DNA from: Chiloscyllium plagiosum
Taxonomy: Eukaryota
Direction of reading: 5' to 3'
Length of the DNA stretch: 33,155 nt
Assembly (NCBI RefSeq): GCF_004010195.1
Contig: NC_057718.1
Span: forward strand, 26,790,185-26,823,339
Part shown: positions 1 through 12,656 of the stretch, one piece after another
Layout: each line of letters begins with the position of its first letter
Numbering within the stretch: position 1 is the stretch's first letter
Position numbers and translations under genes: made by a program
Notes under the pieces: model-generated
Database searches by the model: none
Told to the model about the DNA's origin: nothing
Seen by the model: the letters and a program-made list of their open reading frames with translations, nothing else

Positions 1-399
1 TTAATGTCCACCTTGTTCAGTACTTGGTAAGACAGGAAGCTGATATTAATGAGGGGAGACTGCAGCATTAACATGGCATTTAACAAGCTATAATCCCCTT
101 AACTGGTAACTCAGTAACACCTATTGAGGAACACTTTTTGCTATTCAGCAAATGCATTAAAGGATGCAGCAAGTTGTTCACAACTTGAGACAGACCTCAA
201 CAGATTTTTCATGTGATTCTTCCATAAATCTTTCCATAGCCCATAGGCTCCTGTAAGACTGCACTCAGTCTTAAAATTGTGCTGTTCTCTTAATGGTATG
301 CATGCATAGTATTGTCATTCACTATTCAATGGGTGATATTGTTTCAGCAAAATGCATTGTTCTATCATTTGTTGTTGCTAAAGTAGCCGTTGTTGTTCT

Positions 400-1850
400 A
401 TTTCTGTTATTAGATTGTGTGCACTTCTGGTCTGACAGTTGATGTGTTCTGCTGTACAGGTGTTGCATTCACCTCTTTCTGGTCAGCCCCCTGCAGTTGA
501 GGAACAGCTTCTGTACTTGTGTGTAAGTGCCTGTGATTGCAAAGATATATCTGGTAGTTCACTTCCATTGTATAAAATGGAGAACTAAAATGAGAACTAC
601 TCGCAGGTCCAAGTTCCACTTGAGCAGGCTTTTGTTGAGATCATTGAATGTTTGCACCTCACTGGCTCTCCAATACGCAACTCTAGCAATGGTTTAGCAG
701 TCCTATCAAAATGAAATTTGGCTTTCTGCTGTTTCGCCTTGATTATTTCACTCACACCTGTTACTACTTCTGGCTTCAGGAGCTTTTTGCTATTGGATGA
801 CTGGTACAGCAAACTTTCCATGTCTTCAGTATATGTGTTTCTCCACTTGAAAGTTGTCTTGTGTAGTGATTGGAATGAAGGTCAGGTGAAGCTGACTGGG
901 GTTGATCACCTGGGCCGATCAGGGAGCCCTGGGCGACAGATATAAATAAGAGATTCAGAGACTAGGGACTGGCTCTGAACTGGCTGGTCAGAACCCTTAT
1001 ATTCTGCACATGTAAATAAAGGGTGACGTGGTGACAGAATATCGGCCTCTGTGCAATTATTCCACTTTAGTTACATGTGTGAGGAATTTAATTTCAATTT
1101 CTTTACGATTCCTTTGATGATTTTCACTGTCATCTCAGTCTTTCAATTTGAGTTTGGATAGTGTGAAGATGGTGTGTGGTGTTCCATTTTCCAATCTTTC
1201 AAGGTGAAACTGAATTCCTCACTCATGAACAGATGGGCATTGCTACTCCTGACAATGTCGGAAATGGCACAACAAAGTCGGCTTTTTTGCCATTCAACAA
1301 TCAGAATGGTAGTCAGTGAAGTCAACTGGTCCACCTCCCAGTAGTCAGTCTACTGTAACAAGATATTCATTTTCTGTGAGTGTGATCAGATCGACTCCCA
1401 GCAAGATCTGGATTATCACGTTCTCCAGTTTGTTTGGCTTGGTACTTATTACATGCAGTAAACTGACAGATATGGTTCTTAATTTGCGTTTAGGTCAGTA
1501 GAAGTTATTCTTGCCTTCTACAGACTTGATTCAATTCCTGGGTGGCTTACATGGACGTGCTTCAGCAGCGCTCCTCTCAAATCCTTCAAGATAATTATTT
1601 TATTTTCTTTGGACACTATGCAGACTTGAGCATCTTAATTCATCTCTATATTTCCGACATGCCCATACAGCAACAGGTGTGTCCTTGATGCTCTCTGGTC
1701 ATCGTTATACCACTATTTGCAGCAGTTGGAGATTTGCATCTTGTTGGATAGCTTTTTTGATCAGAGCAAATTGCTTGCCTGTTACATTCAGTGCCTCCGC
1801 TAGATTGGTGACATCCAAAGCACAATGATCTGCAATTTTGCTGCTCAGTT
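400..1850 (-). mobile_element. Decayed Ty3/gypsy LTR retrotransposon, integrase region (interrupted by a solo LTR)
   Basis: Minus-strand peptide ...DIVRSSNAHLFMSEEFSFTLKDWKMEHHTPSSHYPNSN resembles the rve core (SDNG.QF.S.EF..F...W...H.TSSP.YPQSNG). KAKQQKAKFHFDRTAKPLLELRIGEPVR resembles the post-core region. Many stops and frameshifts. Confidence 0.8.
862..1064 (+). mobile_element. Short (~203 bp) solo LTR inserted in the gypsy integrase remnant
   Basis: TG...CA ends (tgtagtga ... ttattcca), a TATA-like tataaata near 941 and AATAAA at 1015-1020. Flanks cttg/cttt form an imperfect 4-bp TSD, and the segment interrupts the integrase-coding sequence. Confidence 0.6.
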
Positions 1851-1852
1851 TA

Positions 1853-2043
1853 GTGATGAATTGAAAACCTTCAACTCATTTAAAAGAATCTTGAATCTGC
1901 ATCTGAAATGCAGTAACCTACAAGAAAATGGATTGGTGTTGGCAACTGGGATTAGAGAAGGTAGCTAGATTTTTCAGGTGGCGCAACACAACAGGATGAA
2001 TGATCTCTTTACGTGATGTAATTTTTTTGATGATTCTTCTATG
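1853..2043 (+). mobile_element. Old CR1-type LINE 3' end fragment
   Basis: Contains an ORF2 C-terminal-like stretch (tcatttaaaagaatcttgaat..) and a degenerate (ttctatg)-type tail. Confidence 0.5.
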
Positions 2044-3049
2044 TCTCAGAAATCATTGTGTGAATACTGATGAACCAATGTCTTTCCTTTATAAGCTCGG
2101 ACCCTAAAATCTGCACCTTTACAACAGAACAAGTTGGATCTCTGGTGAGTTGTTTCACAGTGCTTTTACAATCCTTATTTGTTCTCATTTGTGTTCTCTG
2201 AATTGTTCAGTGCTGATCCCTCGAAATTAACATCCGCAACAGAAGAGATGCCAATTTCAATGGAGGTCTTCGGAAAGACAAATAAAACACATGCCTGAAT
2301 ATGGACTCATCCTCAATCTATGTCTTTGTAAATCCCAAGATGCCGAATGGACTTCAGGGAATAATAAAGCTCAATGATAAGGAGGGATAAGCAGCAGATG
2401 AGTACTAAGGCATGCATTATTAGATAGTCATACTTGGTGTGCTAATGAAATCTTTATTGAAAGAGGAATGCAAGGCAAGATGCCTGAATCATTGATCTCC
2501 ATGGCCTTTCACATTGCCATCTTTATTTCATTGGTGGCATGTCTGTTTAGACACAAGATTACCTGCTTGTACTCTCCTTTCTATTGCGTATCCACATCTC
2601 CTGTGTAAAAAGTGAAAATAAGATAGTCTGTGCAATTTGAAAGATTTTTAAAAATGATTCAGGCAGCTTAACACTCTATCCACATTTTTGTCAGGATGGA
2701 GAGCCTTTCACCATGGCAAAAATATCAGAAGAAAGCTGGGAATTCAAGCCCTGCCAACGAAACCAGCATCTGTCATTTTTCAAAGATGAGATCCAGGACA
2801 GAACAAAGTTCACATATGCACAATTCCTGGAGGCAGCAAGCCATTTAAACGATCAGCTGCCTCCACCAAAATTAAGTTTTGGATTCCCTGGTGTGCGGAA
2901 GTTAGTATGGAAAGTTGATGAATTTGGAACAGGTCTAATTGCAGTGCATTTCTTAAGGATGGTCAGGAAACCTCTTTGGACAGGTAAAGTACCATTTTGG
3001 ATCTATTTCAAGCACATCTTTGTTATGCTAATGCCTTTTGGTGAAGGTA

Positions 3050-3579
3050 CAAAGAACAAAGAGAACAAAGAAAATTTACAGTCCAGGAACAGACCCTTCG
3101 ACCCTCTAAGCCTGAGCCAATCCAAATCTACTGTCTAAACCTGTCACCCAATTCCTAAGCATCTGTATCTCTCTGTTGCCCACCTACTCATGTATCTATC
3201 CAGACGCATTTTAAATGAATCTACTGTGCCTGCCTCTACTACCTCTGCTGGCAACACATTCCAGACACCCAACAACCTTCTTTGTAAAGTCCTTGTCATG
3301 TGTAACCCCCTTAAACCTTTCACTTCTCACCTTGAAAGTGTGACCTCTTGTTATTGAATCCTTCACCCTGGGAAAAAGCTTATCTCTATCTACCCTGTCT
3401 ATACCCTTCATAGTTTGGTAGACCTAATCAGGTCCCCATTCAATCTCATTTTTTCTAATGAACACAAACCTAACCTACTCAATCTCTCTGGTGGCACCTT
3501 CCATACCAGGCAACATCCTTGTAAACATTCTCTGCACCCTCTCCAAAGCGACCACATCCTTTTGGTAATGTGGTGACAC
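3050..3579 (-). mobile_element. CR1-type LINE 3' end
   Basis: Minus-strand peptide ERLSRLGLCSLEKMRLNGDLI...MKGIDRVDRDKLFP...RGHTFKV..ERFKG...FTKKVV is typical of the CR1 ORF2 C-terminus. A repeat tail (acaaagaacaaagagaacaaag on +) lies at the left end. Confidence 0.9.
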
Positions 3580-3648
3580 ATTTTAGTGAAAGTTCTCTTT
3601 AGGAGACATAAGGTCCATTTTAAGGAGGTGACATATACTTTGCAAGAA

Positions 3649-3925
3649 GTTGTTGACTTGCACACTGAGCTGTTAAGTTTGTTTGCAGGTGTTTTGTCAC
3701 CATTCCAGGTAATATCATCAGTGCACTTCTGACAAAGCATTGCTGCTCTATCACACTTGCTATTTATGGGTAAACAGCAAGTGGGACAGAACACCAATGC
3801 TTCACCAGAGGCTCACTGATGATGTTACCTGGAATGGTGACAAAATGTCTGCAAACAAATGTACCAGTTCAGCAAGCAAGTCAACAACCTCATCCACAAG
3901 CTGAGCTACAAATATTCCCGAATAC
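3649..3925. mobile_element. Penelope-like inverted pseudo-LTR pair (118-bp arms, 4-nt spacer) with degenerate hammerhead cores
   Basis: Arms 3649-3766 and 3771-3888 are ungapped reverse complements (96/118 by hand count). Each contains CTGATGA-T-stem-loop-(A)AAA. The right copy extends ~35 nt further. Confidence 0.8.
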
Positions 3926-4109
3926 TCTGAACTTGGCAAGAAATAAGGTGCACTTTGTGACAGGTAAACTACAAATTGTGATTACACAATTAGGCATTCA
4001 TAAACTCATTGGGACTGTCAAAGCCATCAAGGTAATGTCTAAAAAAATGTTTGAAGCATTTTAATGTGCTGCATTACCAATTTTCCAAACTATTAAACTA
4101 TTGTAAAAC

Positions 4110-4200
4110 AATGTCAAAAAGTGTGGCACTGGAAAAGCACAGCAGGTCAGCAGCATCTGGGGAGCAGGACAGTTGATGTTTCAGGCATAAACTCTTCATA
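4110..4200 (-). mobile_element. Penelope-derived short repeat fragment with truncated hammerhead motif
   Basis: The minus strand reads atgaagagtttatgcctgaaacatcaactgtcctgctcc...gacctgctgtgcttttccag, i.e. (CTG)ATGA-stem-GAAAC with the CTG missing. Confidence 0.55.
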
Positions 4201-5068
4201 CTTTCTCTCAGTTATTGTAAAAACAACACCTATTAAATCAGCATTTTAACGGACAGCTCTAACTGCTTGTGGAATGCAAATGCTTGTTTACATAAGAATT
4301 TAATACATATGAATTAATTTGTTTTCACAAGGGATTCATTAAAGGAATTTCAATATATTGAATGTCTTTTCTTTAATAAGTTTTTTTTTAAATTGTGGCA
4401 TCAGTATAACTTTATCTTCTGTCAGCATGCCTCTTCTGGTTTGCCCTCGGCAGACTTCAGGTACATTGGTAAGGAAAGGGAACAGCAAAAGGTAGCTGTG
4501 GGGTGTACAAGTTGTCTTAATAGGATAAGGGCTATAAAAGGCCATAAGGAATGAGTGGATAACATAGACTAGCAAAGGGGGATGGGTAGATACAAATACA
4601 CATGAAAAAGGGAGTATCAGGGATAAGGTGAGGGCTGATTGGCATGGGGCATGACAGGTGACAGGGGTGGATACAGGGGCATAGGTTGGCATGGAACATC
4701 TGGGGGCCAGTATGATGGAAATTAGCTGGCATGTTTGAGCAATGGAAAAGGAGAGAAGCACTAGCTGCAGGGGAGAGGGGAATATGTGTTTTATATTTGA
4801 TTCTATATTTTTACACTTTCAACACAGCATTGCAGCATCCCCCGACAGGGTTTTCCACCCAGTCAGTCTCTGGAATTAATAATCTTTCTTGCTCTTCCAG
4901 CTCCCTAATCAAACGTTCAAACTAGCCTGTCCATGTAGACTGAAAATGGAAAATTGAGGGGTAATTTGTTTTGGGTTTGGGTTCCTTGAGCTGGGACTTC
5001 TCCCTGATTTGCACCTAAAGTAGAAATCTGGCGCAAGTATCATAAGATAAAGAACAATCAAATGTAGC

Positions 5069-5100
5069 AGGGAAAATGGTAGGGAAAATGGTAGGGAAAA
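5069..5100. repeat. Perfect 12-bp tandem repeat (agggaaaatggt) x2.7
   Basis: Read directly: agggaaaatggt agggaaaatggt agggaaaa. Confidence 0.95.
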
Positions 5101-7025
5101 CAAATTGATACTGCCCAGCTAAAACACAATGATGGAGACAGTAAGATATGAAGGTGCCTTACATTCCTGATAGAATGTGTGGCAGAAGTTGAAGCAGCCA
5201 TTAAACATGTGAAGAGAGGGTAGCACAGTTGTTCAGTGATTAGAAATGCTGCCTCACAGCGCCAGGGATTTGGATTCGATTCCAACCTCGGACAACTGTC
5301 TGCATGAAGTTTGCACAATCCCCCCATGTCTGCATGGTTTTCCTCCCACAGTCCAAAGTTGTCAGGGTAGGCGCATTGGCAATGCTAAATTGCCTAGAGT
5401 GTCCAACGATGTGCAGGCTAGGTTGATTAGCATTAGGAATGCAGGGGTATACGGATAGGGTAGAGGGTGTTGGTATGGATGAGATGTTCTTTGGAGGGTC
5501 GGTATGGACTTGCTGAATGGCCTGCTTCCAAACTGTAGGAATTCTATGAAAGTAAAACTTGCAAGAATTGATAGACTCCAGCAGAGATTCTCAAACTTGG
5601 AGGAGAAGAACTAACTGGTCATCTCCATCACCTGTTCCTGAAGATCTGGGACAAAGAAGAAAGCCCTGCTGATCTCAGAAATGCTGCTATTGCCATTGTC
5701 TTCAAGAAAGGAGACAAAACAAACTGTGAGAACTACCGAGGAATCTCCTGACTCTCCATCACCAGCAAGATCATCATCTGAATCCTTACGAGGCATCTTC
5801 TCCCAATCTCTGAGGAAAGTGTTCTTGAAAGCCAGTGTGGCTTTTGATCAAACCACAGAACTATGGACGTGATTTTCACTGCTTCGTAACTCCAAGACAA
5901 ATGCCAGGAAAAACACCAACTACCCCACAAGGCCTTCATCGATATAACCAAGGCTGTTGACTCAGTCAATCGGAAAGGCTGTGGAGGACCATGTCAAAGG
6001 TTGGCTGTCTTTCTCCTCCATAACAAGATGTCAGGAAAGTCCTCAACAACAGTACTATAACAGAATCTTTTGAGGTCAACACAGGGGTTAAGCAGGGATG
6101 TGTCATTGCACCCACCATTTTCCACACCTTCATCGCCATTATTCTTCACCTTGTCAAGAACAGTTTTTCCAGTAGTGTGGACATTGTCTACAGGATGGAC
6201 TGAAATCTTTTCAACCTCAAACAGTTAAATTCGAAAAAGAAATGACAAGGACCTTGCTTGTGGAACATCACTATGTGGATAACAATGTCATCTCTACTCT
6301 CACTGAAGAAAACCTTAAGCATTGCTTAATAGATTCTAGCAAGCACAATGAGGAATTGGTCTCAACTTCAAGAAGACTTAAATTCTTTACTAGCCCATTC
6401 CATGTAAAGTTACAGACCATCATTCCATTAAAATAAATGGAGACATCCTCTCAAATGTGGAACATTTCCTTTACCTGGGAAGCTACCAGTTACATCAATG
6501 CTGTCTGACATAGATTCTCATATCAGCTAGAAGGACAGGAATACTAACATCAGCATCCTTGAAGCAGCTAAATAACACCAGCAGAGGCCATGATCATCAA
6601 CTTCACTGGGCTGGCCGTGTGCTTAGTATGCTTGAAGTTCGACTACCAAAGCATATCTTCTTTGTCCAGCTTGAGGAAGATACTCAAATGAGAAAAGGAC
6701 AAAGGAAGCATCTGAAAGATTCTCTGAAGGCTTCCATATGGATGTCAACATACAGGAGACCAGAAGAGACCGACTTGAAGGAAACTCCTGTATGAAGGGA
6801 CACAATTCTTTGAGAAAATCCATAGGCAAGACAAAACATGGAAAAAGAACCAGAGAAAGGAATGTTAATGAGCTGAAGGCCAAGGACCACTTGCATCTCC
6901 CAAAAACACTTGCCAAATGTGTGGTCAGAGATGCATCAGCCACACAAGAATGCACAGAACCCATGACTTTTTCTAAGACAATCATACTCATCAGTATGTA
7001 ATTGCTGAAGATGAAGATGATTTTT
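5100..7025 (+). mobile_element. 5'-truncated, decayed RTE-clade LINE (RT domain to 3' end), interrupted by a SINE at 5218-5549
   Basis: Motifs across frames: NYRGIS, ESQCGF, AFIDITKAVDSV, TGVKQGCVIAPTIF, YVDN (decayed YADD), HFLYLGS, QLHWAGRV, RLPKHIFF. Ends in a gaagatgaagatga tail. Confidence 0.9.
5218..5549 (+). mobile_element. tRNA-derived SINE, HE1/V-SINE-like
   Basis: Head gggtagcacagttgttcagtgattag (A box) ... ggattcgattcc (B box), V-domain-like ctgtctgcatgaagtttgcaca, CR1-like tail ...ctgtaggaattctatg. Homologous to 16969-17225. Confidence 0.88.
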
Positions 7026-8039
7026 TTTAATTCTTGTGCCACTGATCATTACATTTAGTTGCTCTTCTGCCTTTACTCACTGTAGTTGAGAAATTTGTCT
7101 CGATTCCCATCAACCTCAAAGAGGAAATAAACCTCCTTCTGCTGCTGAGTTCGAGTATTGTTACATTAGAAAATCTAGAATTGCTGAGTCAAGTCATGCT
7201 ATCTACTATTCAAAGGAAATTGAAGTCCTCATCTCCTCCTGCTAGACATTACCTTGAAGTAGAGGGTGGCCTATCCGACTTCATACCCTTCCAACTACTA
7301 AATTGTCAATAGGGAGTATGGTTTTTGCTTGCAGCTTGCGAACCACATTTAAGTTGAGCCAAGCCACAAAAATCCAAAAATGAGGAAGGCCCATTGCAAG
7401 TGCTCCAAGTAAATGGAATAGAACTCCCACACATTGCCAATCCACTACACAACATTGCATATAAGAACACATCTCACTCCATTTTATCCAAGCATGACCC
7501 AAGAAATTGAAACAAACACCAAAGAGATTTTACGGTTTATTTCATTGCGGTAATACTCTAGATTTGGACCTACTTTATCTTGTAGTACAGCGAGGATGAA
7601 AAATCGAGAATCTACCAAAATAATCATTCTCCAGTTAGTGAAGAAAATGAAATTCTGCATATTTTCTGGTTCTATAAAATGCTTTGCTGTTTCTTTGCAG
7701 TTTATTGATGACCTCTTGTGACAAAAGTATAGTATTACAGTATTTTTATACTGTGAATATCTTAACAGTCTTGTTGGCTTAAATGAATTTTTCATCCATA
7801 CGATGAAATTTTGTGCCAGCTTTTCTCAAGTATCCCCCAAGAAACTGCAAAAAGATCAGATGCAACACAAAAAAAGAGAATTTGTAGACAGAGAATAAAC
7901 ATTTCTAACATCGCTTGATGTTGTTCATTAGTTGTTTAGATTCAGATTAATACAGTCAATGTGATGCTAGTCACCTTATGTGACTAAACTAATGTGAAGC
8001 ATATGTCAGACCAAAGCTTATTTTGAAATTTTTTACATT

Positions 8040-9712
8040 ACATTTTGCTTACTGTGGAAGAAGACATGAAAGCTAGAGAACTCAGGAAAATAAATGTTGA
8101 TGTCTCGAAAATAGTCCACATTACAGAAGAGGAGGTACTAGAGGTCTTAAACAGCATAAAGGTAGATGAATCTTTGGACCTGATCAAAGTGTATCCAAGG
8201 ATATTGTGGGAAGCTAGATAAGAAATTGTGTGGCCCCTAGCAGAGATATTTAGATCACCTATAGCCTCCCGTGAGATGCCAGAAGACTGGAGGGTGGCTA
8301 ATGTTGAGCCTTTAGATAAGAAAGGCTGCAAAGAGAAGTCTGGGAACTATAGACCAGCAAGTCTGAAATCTGTGATGATAAGTTGTTGGAGGATATTCAG
8401 AGACACAGGATTTACATGCATTTTTTAAGGTAAGGACTGATTATGGATAATCAGCATGGTTTTGTTCATGGGAAATCTGGTCTCATAAACTTTTGTGAGT
8501 TTTTTCAGCATGCGGCCAAGATAGATAAATGAGGGCAGAGCAGTAGATTTTGTCTGTATGGACTGCAGTAAGACTTTGACAGGGTTCTGCATGGTAGACT
8601 GGTTAACAAAATTAAATCACGTGGGATTCAGGAGGAGTTTGCAAATTGGGCGCAAAATTGGCTTGACAGTAAGAGACAGAGGATTGTGGAGGAGAATTGT
8701 TTTTTGGACTGGATGCTATAATCAGCAGTGTTCTGCAGAGATCAGTGCTGGGTCCACTGTTATTCCTCATTTATATAAATGATTTTGATGAAAATATAGG
8801 ATGCATGGTTAATAAGTTAGCAGAAGACACCAAAGGTGTTGGTATAATAGACAGTGAGGAAGATTATTTAAAATTGCAAAGAGATCTTGATCAATGGGAC
8901 CAGTGGGCCAAGGAGTGGCAGATATGAGTTTAATTTAAATAAATGTGAGGTGTTGCATTTTGGTAAGACGAACAGGGCAGGACCACACAGTTAATGGTAG
9001 GGCCTTCAGGAGAGTTGTAGACAGAGAGACCGAGGCGTTCAGGTACACAGTTGCTTGAAAGTTGCATCACAGGTAGACAGGATAGTTGAGAAAGCATTTA
9101 ACATACTTGCCTTCATTGCTCAGACTATTAAGTATAGGAGTTGGGATGCTATGTTGAGTTGTACACGACATTGATGCAGCCACTTTTGGAGTACTGTGTA
9201 CAGTTCTGGTCGCCCTGCTGTAGGAAGGTTATTATAAAATTGGAGAGGGTGCAAAAAATACTTAAAAGACATTACTGGTACTGGAGAGGTAGAGTTATAA
9301 GGAGAGATTGGGTAAACTGGGTCTTTTTTCACTGGAGAGTAGGAGGTTGAGGGATGACCTTATTGAGGTTTATAAAATCATGAAGGGCATAGCTAAGTTG
9401 AATAGCAAAGATCTTTTCCCTAGCAGTGGGAAGTTTAGAACTAGACAGCATAATCTTAACATGAGAGGAGAAAGATTTAAAAGGGATCTGAGCTGCAACT
9501 TCTTCACACAGAGATGGTTCATACGTGGAATTAACTGCCAGAGGAAATGGTAGATTCAGGTACAACTACAACTTTTAAAAGATATTTGGATGATATATGA
9601 ATAGGAAATGGGCCAATCGCAGGCAAATGGGGTCTGGTTTAGTTTGGAAAATTTGTTGACATGGATGAGTTGGACTGAAGGATCTATTTCCATGCTGTAT
9701 GACTCTATGACT
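8040..9712 (+). mobile_element. 5'-truncated CR1 LINE (ORF2 RT through 3' tail), pseudogenised
   Basis: Motifs EDWRVANV, GNYRPASL, QHGF, SVLGPLLFLIYIND, LAEDTK (decayed FADDTK), [10 protein letters not shown] and [22 protein letters not shown]. Tail ctgtatgactctatgact. Confidence 0.95.
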
Positions 9713-10261
9713 ATAAATATAATTCAAGAACCTAAATGTAGTCACTTAGTGTAGTACCAACCCAACTGGCCAGAATGTCTTCTTCCATTCTCCACAGTTT
9801 GAATTTTTCCAAAATGTGAGCTAAGTTCCATTTACCCATCAACTATGTTTTTGATGACCTATACTAAATATGTTAAATCCCCATCCTTACTTTCAACTCT
9901 TCCCAGCTTTTCACACCTCACCCCATTATTGCTGCAAACTGCTCCACCTCAAGATGTTTGTTCCCCTTCCAAATCCATATTTTAATTATTCAAGCACTGA
10001 CAGTCATTTATTCAACTATCTTGAACCTGGAATCTGAAATTTCCCCTCTATTCCTCACAATTTCCCTTTTCTCCTTTAAAACCTAACTTTCCAACTAAAG
10101 TTTTGGCATTATATCATAACATCTCTTTATGTTTTTCTGTGCAAATTTTGTTTTGGAATTTTCCTTGAAGAGCTACGGATCATTTTAGTTCATCCTATTA
10201 AAGCAAGATATTGTTATTTTAAGTGAACTATGAAATTTATTAGAAATACTATTTTTAATTA

Positions 10262-10870
10262 TAGAGTTATGGAATCATAGAAATGTACAGCATGGAAACA
10301 GTGCCTTCGGTCCAACTCATCCATGCCGACCAGATATCCCAAATTAATCTAGTCCCATTTGCCAGCACTTCGCCCATATCCCTCTAAACACTTTCTATTC
10401 ATATACCCATCCAGAGGCCTTTTAAATGTTGCAATTATACCAGCCTCCACCACTTCCTCTGGCAGCTCACTCCATACACGTACCACCCTCTGCGCCTTAG
10501 GTCCCTTTTAAATTTTTCCCCTCTCACCTTGAACCTATGCTCTCCAGTTCTGGACTCCCCCGCCCCAGGGAAAAGACCTTGTCTATTTACCCTATCCATG
10601 CCCTCACAATTTTATAAAGGTCATCCCTCAGCCTCTGACACTCCAGGGGAAACAGCCCCAGTTTATTCAGCCTCTCCTTTTAGTTCAAATCCTCCAACCC
10701 TGGCAACATCCTTGTAAACCTTTTCTGAACCTTTCAAGTTACACAACATCCTTCCAATAGGAGGGAGACCAGAATTGCACACAATATTCCAAAAGTGGCC
10801 TAACCAATGTCTTGAATAGCCACAACGTGACCTTCCAACTCCTATGCTCTGACTAATAAAGGAAAGCAAA
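10262..10870 (-). mobile_element. CR1 LINE 3' end
   Basis: Reverse-complement homologue of the 3' part of 8040-9712 ([23 protein letters not shown] segment near 10770-10810). The tail is at the left end. Confidence 0.9.
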
Positions 10871-12465
10871 CTGGGCATCATTCCCAGACTTATCCACCTG
10901 CCAAACATTTATCCAAAGCAGAAGGTTGGGAGACCACCTACTGTTGGATAATTAATGAACACTTTAGTGCTTCACTCAGCTTTAGGTGTAACTTGTACCC
11001 TATTCATCCCATTCCAATATCAGGGTCTGTCAGTCTAACACCACCTACCTCTGACTGTTCTATTAACCATCACATCCAGCTCCAAGGAGCATTGCTGTTG
11101 GAGACTGGATGCAATCAATGCAGTAGCCACTGCCGCTGGAGACCTGTCAGCCAATTAATAGCTGACAGTTGGTACTTCCTCCCAAATGGGGGCAAAAGAC
11201 TGCCTTGAGCCAACAGATCAATGGGGCAAATGAATGGTGAGCTTGCCGCTGACACCCAGAACAATGGGAAGACATCCCCCATCTTAAAATCAAGCTAATT
11301 GTGTAGAATTCACCCCTGTGATAGTCAAATGACTCACAAAACACCGCACCCTGCTGTTGCTGCAATATTGGGAGAGGCTAGAGAGGTTAACTTTCCCAGC
11401 ATCCTACATCATAGAAACTACTCAATTATCAGCAAAGATAGTTGGTCAGGTGCAGGGTTCTAGAAAGAAATAAGAAAGCCCTTCCTAAAAATCTTACCTT
11501 CCCACTGTGACAGCAAAATTAGAAATAAGTAATAAATGCTGGATGACAAAAATCAAGAGTATAATGACAGCATAACAAAGACTGAAACAGTCTATTTTTA
11601 ATATATGTAATTCTTGAGAGCTCTGAGATTTGTAACCTCTACATTCTGCTTTTTTGTTGACATTTAATAGTGCTACATTCTTCCAAAGAAAGTCATCATT
11701 AACAGGTAATTGGTGGACTGCAGAAGTTCCACTGTTGCATCTCCAGATGTCACTAAGTGTACATGGGAGTGCCAGCTAGGGAGGAGAGCTATGCATTTGC
11801 TAGCAGCAACATTCTATCAACACTTAAGTACTTCTGCAAGCATACCAGATGATGGACAGTGATGCAAAGACCTTCTGCCACACAAAACAGCGGTCCAGGC
11901 CTTTGCCAGAAGTACCTGGTGTCCAGGGTATTCAAACACCTGCTACACTATAATGTGCTTCAAAACTGGGGAGTAATTTGCCCCAGGGTAAATATCAACT
12001 GAGTATTACAGACCAGAATAAATCCTTGGCACAAAACAGTTGCATACTAAATTGGCTGTTTTTGTGCATTATAACTTGTGAGTTAAATTTTACTGTATAT
12101 TGGAACTGTTTTGAATCACCCCAGACAGAGGAAATGATAGTGCCCTCAATCTGATCCCACTGACGATATAAGTGAAATAGTTAGTGATATTAATTGGCAA
12201 AGATGTTATTTTAATCCAATTTAGACTAATTTTATAACACTGCACAATTATGTAGAGAAAGATAAAAAGGCAGCACAGAACTCTTATAATTTCTTCAGAT
12301 ATGGATAACTTCACACTACACAGCCTGCACAGAACCAAAGAGTAAATGTGTTCTTATTTTGTTATAAAGATTTTCCCAATTACTCAAGTCAATTCTTTAT
12401 TTTCAATAATTAATAAATTCCAATAAATTTATGTTGCATACATTACAGAGTAAAATGATGCCATA

Positions 12466-12656
12466 AGGGCTGTTTTCTCATTCGAGGAGTATGGCTGGTG
12501 GTGGTTTAACCTGAGGTTCACCATATCTCATGTGAGGGTTAAAAGTTGAGAGAAACAATCTTTCATAGTAACCTCAGCCAGTGCAGCAATACTATACTGT
12601 TGGTATCACTCTGCATTGCAAACCAGCCATTCAGATAAGTGAGTTAAGTGACCCCC
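12466..12656 (-). mobile_element. Degenerate tRNA-derived SINE (short family)
   Basis: The minus strand begins ggggtcacttaactcac...ggctggtttgcaatgcagagtgataccaacag, a tRNA-like head, followed by ...ctcaggttaaaccaccaccag. Confidence 0.55.

Noticed and set aside
2713..3138. Longest ORF in the track (141 aa, +)
   Set aside because: No recognisable domain or supporting exon structure, and its 3' end runs into the antisense tail of a CR1 element.
4339..5035. 140-aa minus-strand ORF and purine-rich tract
   Set aside because: The low-complexity G/A-rich strand bias explains the ORF. It is probably a decayed non-autonomous DNA element, but I could not establish paired TIRs or a TSD.
5069..5100. Direct repeats as a possible CRISPR-like array
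   Set aside because: A contiguous 12-bp tandem duplication with no spacers, in a eukaryotic context.
10880..11450. GC-richer stretch with several short ORFs (similar stretches at 7050-7450 and 16260-16720)
   Set aside because: It looks like an old unclassified interspersed repeat. No protein motif or definable ends were found.
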